Of a stretch of DNA of 26,057 nt, positions 9,690-17,155 are shown piece after piece (within the stretch, counting starts at the first letter, position 1; every line of letters starts with the position of its first letter). The DNA is from a virus (Duplodnaviria > Caudoviricetes): positions 1 through 26,057 of the IMG/VR virus record IMGVR_UViG_3300005805_000417; one strand, given 5' to 3'. The position numbers were made by a program, and so were the translations under genes. Under the pieces are notes generated by a model. It had not been told where the DNA came from, did not search any database, and worked only from the letters and a program-made list of their open reading frames with translations.

Positions 9690-9812
9690 CGGTTGATTAG
9701 TCAGGGTTTTGCGCGTCGGTGAGCCGCTGGTGCGGGCCTTTGCTTGCGACTTACGGTCGCCACTCGGCAGCATCTCGCTGCGAGTCAGGGTCGGGAAACC
9801 CGGTGGGCCTTG
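9690..9812 (-). ncRNA. Candidate structured 5' leader RNA of the major capsid gene
   Basis: Four hairpins (CGGG/CCCG, ACTC-GCAGC/GCTGC-C-GAGT, GCGAC/GTCGC, CCGC/GCGG) and duplicated AAGGCCC and ACCCTGACT between promoter and SD. Confidence 0.55.
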
Positions 9813-9818
9813 TCGCGG

Positions 9819-9859
9819 ATTCTAGGACTTTCAACAAAGCAAGCAAGAGGGGCGATTGC
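9819..9859 (-). promoter_or_regulatory. Putative late promoter for the capsid gene
   Basis: GCAATC-N7-TTGCTT-N16-TAGAAT on the minus strand. Confidence 0.6.
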
Positions 9860-9877
9860 AAACTGGACAACCGCCCC
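9836..9877 (-). terminator. Intrinsic terminator after the scaffold gene
   Basis: GGGGCGGTTG/CAATCGCCCC 10-bp stem (G-U pair valid only on minus-strand RNA) followed by TCTTGCTTGCTTT. Confidence 0.55.
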
Positions 9878-9883
9878 CATCCA

Positions 9884-10654
9884 TCAGTCTTTCATCACCT
9901 GATGGAACAGCTTTTCGACTTTTTGCCGGTAGGCAGGATCGGTCTTGTATTTGGGATCGGCCACCATCTGGTAGAGCTCCTCCTGCGTCGGGGCTCCTTC
10001 AATCGGCGCAGACTGAATCGGCACCCGGCCTTCGTAGGCTTCGCGGATCTTGACCAGGGCATTGAGCCCTCGGGCAGTGCCGCCCATGATCTTGAACTCA
10101 TCGAAGTCTTCAGCTGACCAGACACCCTTGTTGACTAGGCCACGCGCCCAGTCAACCATGCCATCGACCATTGCCCGACCGTTAGGGCCGAGCTTCTTCA
10201 TCTCCTCGGCTGGGTCGACAAAGTCAGCAGCCATGAGTTCCTTGGCTTGGGTCTGCAGCTGGCCGACCAAGTCATCGAACTGAGCTTGAGACAGGCCGTT
10301 GTCCTTTGCCCAGCCCGACAGGGTGGTGGCCATCGGATTGTCGGAACCGCCTTCGCCAAAGGATGCTAGGTCATACTTGCCGTCTGCTGGGGCATTGTGA
10401 GCACCTTTGCTGATCTTGCCTCGCAGGTCGCGCCAGCTCTTGGCCAGCCCTTCATAGTCTGGGTTGCCGTCCTTCCAGAAGTTTTCCGGCATCCAGTCTG
10501 GGCGCTCGGTCGGGCCAGCAGGCGCAGACGGGTCTGGCGCTTTGTGGTCGATTGCGACTTGTTGCGGATTGGCTTCTTGTTGGTTTTCGTCCGTGACTGA
10601 AACATTGTCGAGTAGGCCGGACTGACCGGGCTCGACTGCAGTATCTGTAGTCAT
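9884..10654 (-). CDS. Capsid assembly scaffolding protein (256 aa)
   Basis: Acidic N-terminus, ERPDWMPENFW, LAKSW, C-terminal DPKYKTDPAYRQKVE; lies between portal and capsid. Confidence 0.87.
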   Translation of the reverse strand: MTTDTAVEPGQSGLLDNVSVTDENQQEANPQQVAIDHKAPDPSAPAGPTERPDWMPENFWKDGNPDYEGLAKSWRDLRGKISKGAHNAPADGKYDLASFGEGGSDNPMATTLSGWAKDNGLSQAQFDDLVGQLQTQAKELMAADFVDPAEEMKKLGPNGRAMVDGMVDWARGLVNKGVWSAEDFDEFKIMGGTARGLNALVKIREAYEGRVPIQSAPIEGAPTQEELYQMVADPKYKTDPAYRQKVEKLFHQVMKD

Positions 10655-10914
10655 AAGCTCCTTGCTTGTTGAATCCGCGCAATTAAATCCCGCACGACAG
10701 ACCTTTGCCCTTCGGCAAAGAAGGCGTGCGAGGGGTCGTTGCCTGGCACGGCGACAGACACGTCCACATACATTTCACGCAGCCACTTGAGCAGTGCCTG
10801 GCCATCCTCATCACCAAACACTCTCAGCACTAGCCGCGCAAGATCTTCGCGTTGCTGGGTGACCTCGCGAATGTCCGAGGTCTGGCCAATGGCCTCGAGC
10901 TCGTCCCAGCTCAT
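10651..10914 (-). CDS. Conserved small protein between portal and scaffold (Bbp19-like, 87 aa)
   Basis: VFGDEDGQALLKWL and AFFAEGQRSVV motifs; coupled overlaps on both sides. Confidence 0.75.
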   Translation of the reverse strand: MSWDELEAIGQTSDIREVTQQREDLARLVLRVFGDEDGQALLKWLREMYVDVSVAVPGNDPSHAFFAEGQRSVVRDLIARIQQARSL

Positions 10915-12518
10915 GCGCCCATCCCTTCAGGTGCGGGCAGAGCGCCTTGCTGCGCCTGCATTGCCATTGCCTGCGCGATCGCTTGCTCCTTCTGCATCCT
11001 CTGCGCTTCTTCCATCAGCACGGCACGCTCCTCTGGGCTGTTCCTGACCGCAGCCGGCACACCCAGCTTGTCGCCGATGTAGTCGACCACAGCGTCCGTC
11101 TTGATTGCCAGCTGGCCGTCTGATCCGAACTGGCCTGAAGTCATCAGCTGCGCGTACTGCAGGATCGCGTTGACCTCCTCCATGTTCTGCGCCATCGCCA
11201 GCGGGGCGACCGGGGTGACCTTGACCTCAAGGCCATTGACGCGCAGCGGCAGGTCGATCAGCCCGCGCTCGTCCATGACCTCGAGGATCTTGGCCACCAG
11301 CGGGATCATGGTCTCGTTGATCAGACGACCGAAGGCGCTGCCCAGGTTCTGCGCGAGCTCTTTCATGCGCTCAACGATCTCGGTCGCCGACCTGGCAGAC
11401 ATGTTGTCCGGTGGCAGCGACTCATCCAGTAGGATGCGCTTGATGTTGCTGCGCAGGTCGTTAATCACCAGCTGGCTGACGTTGAAGTCACCAGAGCGGG
11501 GCAGGGCCTGCAGTGCCGGCCCCTGTGGGCCACCGTTGCGGGCAACCGGGATGATGGCGCCAGGCACCAGCTTGACCGTGTTCGGGTTTAGCACACCATC
11601 GTCTGCCGCGGTGTAGACACCAGCCACAGCCAAGCTGGCGTTTTTCAGCAGGAGCTCGATGGTTTTGTTCAGGGTCTTGATGTCGGGCAGGGCAGTCATC
11701 AGCGGCCCGCGACCGTAAATCTCGCCGGCGACCTTCATGTAGCGGCTGATCACCCAGGGCGATGTCTTTTTGCGACGGTAGACAATCTCCTCTTTGCCGA
11801 TCTTTTCGATGACGTGGTAGCAATAGTCACCTCGGCCAGCGTCGTAGATTGTCGCCTCGAGCAGTTCGATGTCGTCAGTAGGTTTGTCTTCAATGCGGCG
11901 CTTTAGGGTGTCAGACAGCTTGGCATCCGGCCACTGGCGCTGGATCGATTCGCCCTTCATGCGCATGCGGCGGTAGACGTTGTCCACCTGGCCATTCGCG
12001 CCTTCCTCGTAGCTGACCAGGAACAGCGGCACCGGAACAAAGTTGATCGGCGACGTATCATCACCCGGCTGCACCATCATGCAGGCCGTGCCGACTGCGA
12101 GATCCAGCAGGAACTCACCGATGGCGATGTCAAAGTTGGACTGCTTCAGCACATCAAACATCCGGTCGCCGTAAGCGTCTAGAATCGCCTGTGCCTGCGA
12201 CTTGCGTGCAAGCGGGATCGATGGGCCGGGCTCAAGGCGCGACCACTTGCGCTGCGGCGGGAAGACTACCGACTGCAGCCGATTGGCGAACCGCTGGGTC
12301 GAGTTGATGGCCGTCGAGTCAAACACCCGCGCCATCTTCTTGCTGCCTGTCGCGCCACCTTCCCAGACGCCATACAGCTGACGCTGGGGCAGGGCGAACT
12401 CATAGGCATCCTGGTACAGCTGCTGAAACTCATCCTTTTTAGTCTGAGCTGCAGCCTGCCGCTTCAGGATCTCCTCTGGCTTTAATCGCTTGCCACCCAG
12501 CGGGGTCTTGTATTCCAT
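10911..12518 (-). CDS. Portal protein (head-to-tail connector, 535 aa)
   Basis: FDSTA, GEIYGRGP, ARSATEIVER, LGSAFGRL motifs of T7 gp8-type portals. Confidence 0.95.
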   Translation of the reverse strand: MEYKTPLGGKRLKPEEILKRQAAAQTKKDEFQQLYQDAYEFALPQRQLYGVWEGGATGSKKMARVFDSTAINSTQRFANRLQSVVFPPQRKWSRLEPGPSIPLARKSQAQAILDAYGDRMFDVLKQSNFDIAIGEFLLDLAVGTACMMVQPGDDTSPINFVPVPLFLVSYEEGANGQVDNVYRRMRMKGESIQRQWPDAKLSDTLKRRIEDKPTDDIELLEATIYDAGRGDYCYHVIEKIGKEEIVYRRKKTSPWVISRYMKVAGEIYGRGPLMTALPDIKTLNKTIELLLKNASLAVAGVYTAADDGVLNPNTVKLVPGAIIPVARNGGPQGPALQALPRSGDFNVSQLVINDLRSNIKRILLDESLPPDNMSARSATEIVERMKELAQNLGSAFGRLINETMIPLVAKILEVMDERGLIDLPLRVNGLEVKVTPVAPLAMAQNMEEVNAILQYAQLMTSGQFGSDGQLAIKTDAVVDYIGDKLGVPAAVRNSPEERAVLMEEAQRMQKEQAIAQAMAMQAQQGALPAPEGMGA

Positions 12519-12519
12519 C

Positions 12520-12705
12520 TCAGTCCTCTTCTTCTTTCAGCAGATAGTCGGCCAGCATCTTTCTTTCCATGCGGGTCAGAGCGATGTTCTTCTGCAGCTT
12601 CTTGCCGATCGCCATCTTTTGCTCGTCCATGAGCTCAGACTCCATGTCATCCATTTCGTCTTCTTTGTCTTTGCCTTCTTTGTCGATGCTGATCTCGATC
12701 TTCAT
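12520..12705 (-). CDS. Small acidic hypothetical protein (61 aa)
   Basis: ATGA-coupled to the upstream ORF; ends 2 nt before the portal start. Confidence 0.7.
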   Translation of the reverse strand: MKIEISIDKEGKDKEDEMDDMESELMDEQKMAIGKKLQKNIALTRMERKMLADYLLKEEED

Positions 12706-12863
12706 GCTTTTGCCTCTTTCATCAGGCCGCGCTTGCGCTTGGCACGCTCACTCTCCGACAGCGCGATAGCGATCGCCTGATCACGGCTTTTGACTTTGTC
12801 GCCAGAGCTCGACTTCAATGTGCCGGCCTTGTACTCGCGCATTACTTTTTGAACTTTGTCCAT
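12702..12863 (-). CDS. Small basic protein, DUF6496-like (53 aa; not in ORF track)
   Basis: Manual translation MDKVQKVMREYKAGTLKSSSGDKVKSRDQAIAIALSESERAKRKRGLMKEAKA; TGATG and ATGA overlaps at both ends. Confidence 0.8.
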   Translation of the reverse strand: MDKVQKVMREYKAGTLKSSSGDKVKSRDQAIAIALSESERAKRKRGLMKEAKA

Positions 12864-13582
12864 CACGCCCCCTGCAACATTCCGCGGCTCATGCGGCGCA
12901 TGACCACGTTTTGCTTGGCTGACTTACGCTCACCAAGCTCTCGATTAAAAGTAGTACCTAGCTCCTCACGTTTTGCTTGAAACGGAGCAGAGTCAAAAGT
13001 TGGCAGCTGCGGAGGAGCACCTGGTGCTGTTGGCGCTGTCGGCATCTCTGCACTTGGAGCCTCTGGTGGATTTTCAGTAAACGTAGGGAGCGCCTTGTTC
13101 TTGGTTACTGTGTATTTGGCACCCTCTTTTTTTACGTCGTACTCTGCTGGCACATAACGCTTTTGCGCACCAGTCAAACTGTATGTCTTTCCTTCAATGA
13201 TTATTTCGTCATAGCGACCACCAATGTGCCTACTTGAAACCACCTCTTTGGGGTTCGCCTCATAGTCGATCAGCGATTGATTGAAAGCATCTAGGCGCTG
13301 GCGATACGCAGCGACCTGTTGGTCGTATGCGTCCATCGTGCCTTTGTATTGCGCGAGCTGCGACTGATACGCCGGAAAATCTACCGAGGTGTATTGCTTA
13401 ACCTTCGCCTCATATGGAGCCATCAGCTCCTTGGTTTTTGCATTCCAGCCCGTGAAAGCGTTTTGCTGTTGCTGCGTGACATCGAACATGCCCGTCTGGT
13501 ACGTCTTTGCCAGGCGCTCAATGTCTGCGCTCGCACGTCGCGCAGCCTGCTTTTTCTGATAGATGGTAGGCGCTGCTGCCAT
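12863..13582 (-). CDS. Hypothetical coiled-coil/Pro-rich, probably virion-associated protein (239 aa)
   Basis: Coupled ORF in the terL-portal interval; Gln/Tyr heptads, Pro-rich linker, basic C-terminus. Confidence 0.72.
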   Translation of the reverse strand: MAAAPTIYQKKQAARRASADIERLAKTYQTGMFDVTQQQQNAFTGWNAKTKELMAPYEAKVKQYTSVDFPAYQSQLAQYKGTMDAYDQQVAAYRQRLDAFNQSLIDYEANPKEVVSSRHIGGRYDEIIIEGKTYSLTGAQKRYVPAEYDVKKEGAKYTVTKNKALPTFTENPPEAPSAEMPTAPTAPGAPPQLPTFDSAPFQAKREELGTTFNRELGERKSAKQNVVMRRMSRGMLQGA

Positions 13583-14073
13583 TACATCATCCCCATGCCA
13601 GAGCCCAGCGTGTCAGTGGTAACACCAAGCTCGGGCGTCAATCGTTCCTGCGACAGCAGAGCTCTACGGCCACCGCGAGTGCGAGCACGCAGCTGGGTCG
13701 CTTGCTGCTCGGCTGCCTTGCGGCGCTCCTCGTCAATCTGCGCCTGTGTCTCTTTGGCTTTCTTTTCCATCTCAAGGCGCGACTGCTCGTACTGCGACAA
13801 GCCGGTCTCGTATTCCTTGACGTTCTGCGAAAGCTGCGACTGAGCAGTCTCCAGCTGGCTCTTTGCGATCTTTGCCTGCTCCTCGAGCGCACCGGCCTGC
13901 CTGTTATAGACAGAGGTTTGCTCTGTCAGCTTGGCGCGGAAGGCAGCAGCATCAGCAGCCTGCTGTGCAAGCGCTTTCTTTTGCGAGTCTTCAGCAGCAA
14001 TTCGAGCTTTGCGTGCTTCGTTCGATTGATACGCGGCTCCTGCGAGGACAGCTGCTGCGATAAAAAAAGGCAT
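13582..14073 (-). CDS. Coiled-coil virion-associated protein (163 aa)
   Basis: Hydrophobic N-terminus, long Gln/Ala/Glu coil, RTRGGRRALLS...TLG tail like small pre-portal proteins of podoviruses. Confidence 0.72.
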   Translation of the reverse strand: MPFFIAAAVLAGAAYQSNEARKARIAAEDSQKKALAQQAADAAAFRAKLTEQTSVYNRQAGALEEQAKIAKSQLETAQSQLSQNVKEYETGLSQYEQSRLEMEKKAKETQAQIDEERRKAAEQQATQLRARTRGGRRALLSQERLTPELGVTTDTLGSGMGMM

Positions 14074-14075
14074 GT

Positions 14076-14393
14076 CTATCTCCTAATCAAAACCTCATCG
14101 ACCTTGTCAGGGTCGGTTTCATCCGTGGCATGAACGCAAAACCAGACTGCATCCTCGATCGCTGTGATCTTGTGATGCTCGCCTGCCTTGATCAATATGC
14201 AAGCAGGCGATGTGTACTCAGAGGTTTTGCCATCGACATCAACCAGCACCCGACCGCTTGATAGGATCGACAGGTGGTCGTACTCATGCGCATGCGTCAC
14301 AGCAAAATGCGCTGCAGGCAACATCATCTGCTTCGCATACAGGCCGTCAGCAAAGTGATGCTGGATGCCGAGGTCAATTTCAATTCCGCTCAT
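14076..14393 (-). CDS. Cupin-fold protein (105 aa)
   Basis: THAHEYDHLSILSSG and IKAGEHHKITA match the two His-containing cupin motifs. Confidence 0.8.
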   Translation of the reverse strand: MSGIEIDLGIQHHFADGLYAKQMMLPAAHFAVTHAHEYDHLSILSSGRVLVDVDGKTSEYTSPACILIKAGEHHKITAIEDAVWFCVHATDETDPDKVDEVLIRR

Positions 14394-14403
14394 ATAGCAA
14401 AAG

Positions 14404-14444
14404 ATTCTATGGGGTTTTGGACAGGCAGCAATAACGGTGATTGC
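14404..14444 (-). promoter_or_regulatory. Putative late promoter for the cupin-portal operon
   Basis: GCAATC-N7-TTGCTG-N16-TAGAAT, same layout as the capsid promoter; -10 is only 10 nt from the ATG. Confidence 0.6.
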
Positions 14445-14456
14445 TTGGCGATATAT

Positions 14457-16010
14457 TCAGGAGAACACATCGAAGTCCATGCTCATCACGGTGGTCTTGG
14501 GTAGCGGTGCGCCGTAGCTTTGCGATCTGGTCATGCGGTTGTACTCGCCGCCGCCCAGCATAAGGTAGCCAAACGAGTCGCCGATGTGCGAGTGCTCGTT
14601 CTTGTTGGGCGCGTCCCTGAACCGCTCCTGCCCAGCACCGATGGCCACCCGTTTGAAGTGATAGCCGCCGCCCAGGGCTTTTCTCAGCAGCTTGCACTTG
14701 CGGTTCACGATCAAGCCGGGCTTGCCCTGAATGAGCCTTTGCATGGGCGCTGCCGCGGCTTCCCGGCGCACCTTGAAGTCGTTGCTGGCAGTGGGCTGCG
14801 CACGCAGGCCGAGGGTTCTCAGGAAGTCAAAAGCGGTGACCTCATAGATGGCATCTCGAGCCATACCTGCCGGGTCGCCCCAGATCATCACCTGGTGGTT
14901 CGGATAGGCAGCATTGAGCTCGGCGAGCAGCTGGTGGCCAAAGCGTTCCAGACCCATGTCAAAGGTGACGATCTCGTCGTGGATGACCCAGCGACCGTTC
15001 GGCAGGCGCTGGCCGATCGTGGCAGCAGGCGTTAAACCGAAGTCCAGCCCGACCTGAATCGGCACGGTCGGGTCAATCTCGGTGTCGCCGGACATGGTGC
15101 CGTCCTCATACTCTGGCCAGACGGGTCGGCCTTCCTGCACATAGGTGTACTGCCCACCGGCATAGCACTTGATCCAGTCCAGATTCTTGCCCAGCAGCAT
15201 CTGCTGGTAGTAGCCACCAGGCAGGTTGTTGATGTTCTCAGCCTGCGGGTTGACCTTCCACCACTTGCCTGCAGCAAAGACGTGGTCATTGGCTTCTGGG
15301 TTGTCGGGCAGTTCCTCCGGCACGACATCAATCACGCCGCCTGGCTGCTTCCAGAACTTCCAAGCGTATGGCCCGGTCATCTTTTCTTTCTCGGCCATGT
15401 TGTGCCACCAGTGGTCATCGTCCATCGAGTTGGTATCCATCCAGATGCCGTGCCACGTTGCGCCACCGTCGCGCTTGGTCGGGTATCGTCCGACCCGGTG
15501 CGTCAGGCCGTCAATAACCGCCTTGGGTAGTTCACGGGCTTCGTTGACCCATGCACCGGTCAACTCAAGCGAGAGCAGTTTTCTGACGTCCTTGGGCTGG
15601 TCGAGCGCCAGAAAGATGACCTCGCAATCAATCCCTGCTGCGTCCCCGCGGGCGGGCAGTCGGATGTGATGCGTGATCGGTGGAGTCCACAGCATCGGGC
15701 CGAACGTCGACTCGGGGAACAGATCCAGCCAGGTTTTGATAGTCGTGGTCTTCAGCATCGGGTAGCTGTTCCTGACCACTGCCCAGCGGGTATACCGGAT
15801 GTTGTCGACCGGGGATGGCTTTTGCTTGATGGCCTTTAGGAAGATCTTGCTGGCGCAGCCATAGGACTTGCCCGAGCCCACCGGGCCCATGATCCCTTGG
15901 ACGAACGCATTGCTCTGGATGAAGTCGTAGATCACCGGGCTCTGGCTGAAGTCCAGATTCAGGCCGGAGCTTGAGATCGCTTTGTCCGATTGTTCTTTCG
16001 TTCTTGCCAC
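14457..16010 (-). CDS. terL: Terminase large subunit (517 aa)
   Basis: Walker A GPVGSGKS, Walker B-like WVNEARE, nuclease GLDFG and SHIGD; GTG start with GGAGG SD. Confidence 0.95.
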   Translation of the reverse strand: MARTKEQSDKAISSSGLNLDFSQSPVIYDFIQSNAFVQGIMGPVGSGKSYGCASKIFLKAIKQKPSPVDNIRYTRWAVVRNSYPMLKTTTIKTWLDLFPESTFGPMLWTPPITHHIRLPARGDAAGIDCEVIFLALDQPKDVRKLLSLELTGAWVNEARELPKAVIDGLTHRVGRYPTKRDGGATWHGIWMDTNSMDDDHWWHNMAEKEKMTGPYAWKFWKQPGGVIDVVPEELPDNPEANDHVFAAGKWWKVNPQAENINNLPGGYYQQMLLGKNLDWIKCYAGGQYTYVQEGRPVWPEYEDGTMSGDTEIDPTVPIQVGLDFGLTPAATIGQRLPNGRWVIHDEIVTFDMGLERFGHQLLAELNAAYPNHQVMIWGDPAGMARDAIYEVTAFDFLRTLGLRAQPTASNDFKVRREAAAAPMQRLIQGKPGLIVNRKCKLLRKALGGGYHFKRVAIGAGQERFRDAPNKNEHSHIGDSFGYLMLGGGEYNRMTRSQSYGAPLPKTTVMSMDFDVFS

Positions 16011-16025
16011 GTTTCCTCCAGAGAC

Positions 16026-16445
16026 TCATTGCTCGTTGCGTGGTGGTGCTACCACGTTCACATCGATCACAGACGGCTTGTCATTCTCGTCAGGGTTGTC
16101 CAGCAGGCCACTAGCCTTGGCCAGCAACCGCAGCACGCCCACCTTGTCATACAGCTCAATGTCCAGAAAGCTGTTGCCATCCTTGTCAGTCCTGACCGAG
16201 ACCTTCTTGATGGCCTGCAGCGCATGTTCAGGGATCTGGTGCGCAGCCTTGACCTTCACATTGCCATCCTCGTCCCACGTCATGATGTCCGTGATCTTGG
16301 TATTGGCCATGCACAGCAGGGCATAGGACACAGCCTCACGGTTCTGGATCAGGGTGTTTGAGCGCTCCAACCGGCGCTGAATCGAGCGAGTCCCGCCCCA
16401 GTTCGTCATCGGCGGGATCACGTTGGATTGTTTCTTCGCAGCCAT
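16026..16445 (-). CDS. terS: Terminase small subunit (139 aa)
   Basis: Directly upstream of terL; AIKKV...IELYDKVGVLRLLAK resembles terS C-terminal motifs. Confidence 0.78.
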   Translation of the reverse strand: MAAKKQSNVIPPMTNWGGTRSIQRRLERSNTLIQNREAVSYALLCMANTKITDIMTWDEDGNVKVKAAHQIPEHALQAIKKVSVRTDKDGNSFLDIELYDKVGVLRLLAKASGLLDNPDENDKPSVIDVNVVAPPRNEQ

Positions 16446-16720
16446 CAGAAGGGAATGTCCGAGTCGTTCTGCGGCTGGTAAGCATTCGCCTTGGCCTGGT
16501 TATGCGCAGACTGCACAGGCGCACCAGCAGGCTGCTTGATCTTGCCTATCTTGACCTTGTAGTAAATGTCACCAGCCTTTGTCAGCGCAGGGCTGACATC
16601 CAGGTAATGCACGTTCCCGTCCGGCAACATGATGTCCCCGCGGAACTCAGCGTGCCAGTCCTCAGACTTCTCCTTGTTGATGAACGCACTGCCAAAGTTA
16701 GGTTTGTGTTCCCATGCCAT
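16445..16720 (-). CDS. Small SSB-like protein with acidic DIPF tail (~91 aa)
   Basis: GSAFINKEK...FRGDI beta-rich core, C-terminal DSDIPF; GGAGA SD favours ATG 16720. Confidence 0.65.
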   Translation of the reverse strand: MAWEHKPNFGSAFINKEKSEDWHAEFRGDIMLPDGNVHYLDVSPALTKAGDIYYKVKIGKIKQPAGAPVQSAHNQAKANAYQPQNDSDIPF

Positions 16721-16743
16721 TGTCAATCTCCTAAGTTAAGGGT

Positions 16744-16807
16744 GAGGTACTCGCTGCGTCCAACCGGCCACTCAGTCGCAACCCAAAGTCAGCATCCGCT
16801 TTCCCTC
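16744..16807 (-). ncRNA. Candidate structured RNA with loop-E-like GAA/AGUA internal loop
   Basis: Irregular hairpin GAGG-GAAAA-GC...GC-GAGTA-CCTC with several G-U pairs valid only on the minus strand. Confidence 0.45.
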
Positions 16808-17021
16808 GTGAAACAACCCTCCCAGCCAAAAGGGGAGGAAAATTTTTGTCAGGCACCCGCATCGCCACCGTGTGGGGGAGGGGGGAAAGGGTGCCTTTCT
16901 GACAACGAACACCTATCGCCTCCTGCCGCCATCGATTGCCAGAGCTCGAGGCCTGGCAGCCGGTCGGAAGCAGACACGTCAGCCCACCCCTTGCTGTCCA
17001 GGCACGTCCAACACGCAGACG

Positions 17022-17048
17022 AACGTATGGGTTTTGGACAGACTGCTT
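17022..17048 (-). promoter_or_regulatory. Possible late promoter upstream of the SSB-like/terS/terL genes
   Basis: CTGTCCAAAACCCATA nearly identical to the spacer of the 14404-14444 promoter, with TACGTT as -10. Confidence 0.4.
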
Positions 17049-17155
17049 TAAACGCTCTACAAGCCGTTTTCCCTGTCCACCCATGTCTGCCTATCACCCG
17101 ACCCCCGATCGCGCCTTGTAGGTGCCTTAGAACGCGTTTAAACGGCATCATGGTT

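Noticed and set aside
16874-16891. G-quadruplex in GGGGGAGGGGGGAAAGGG
   Set aside because: Only three separated G-runs; not a canonical four-tract motif
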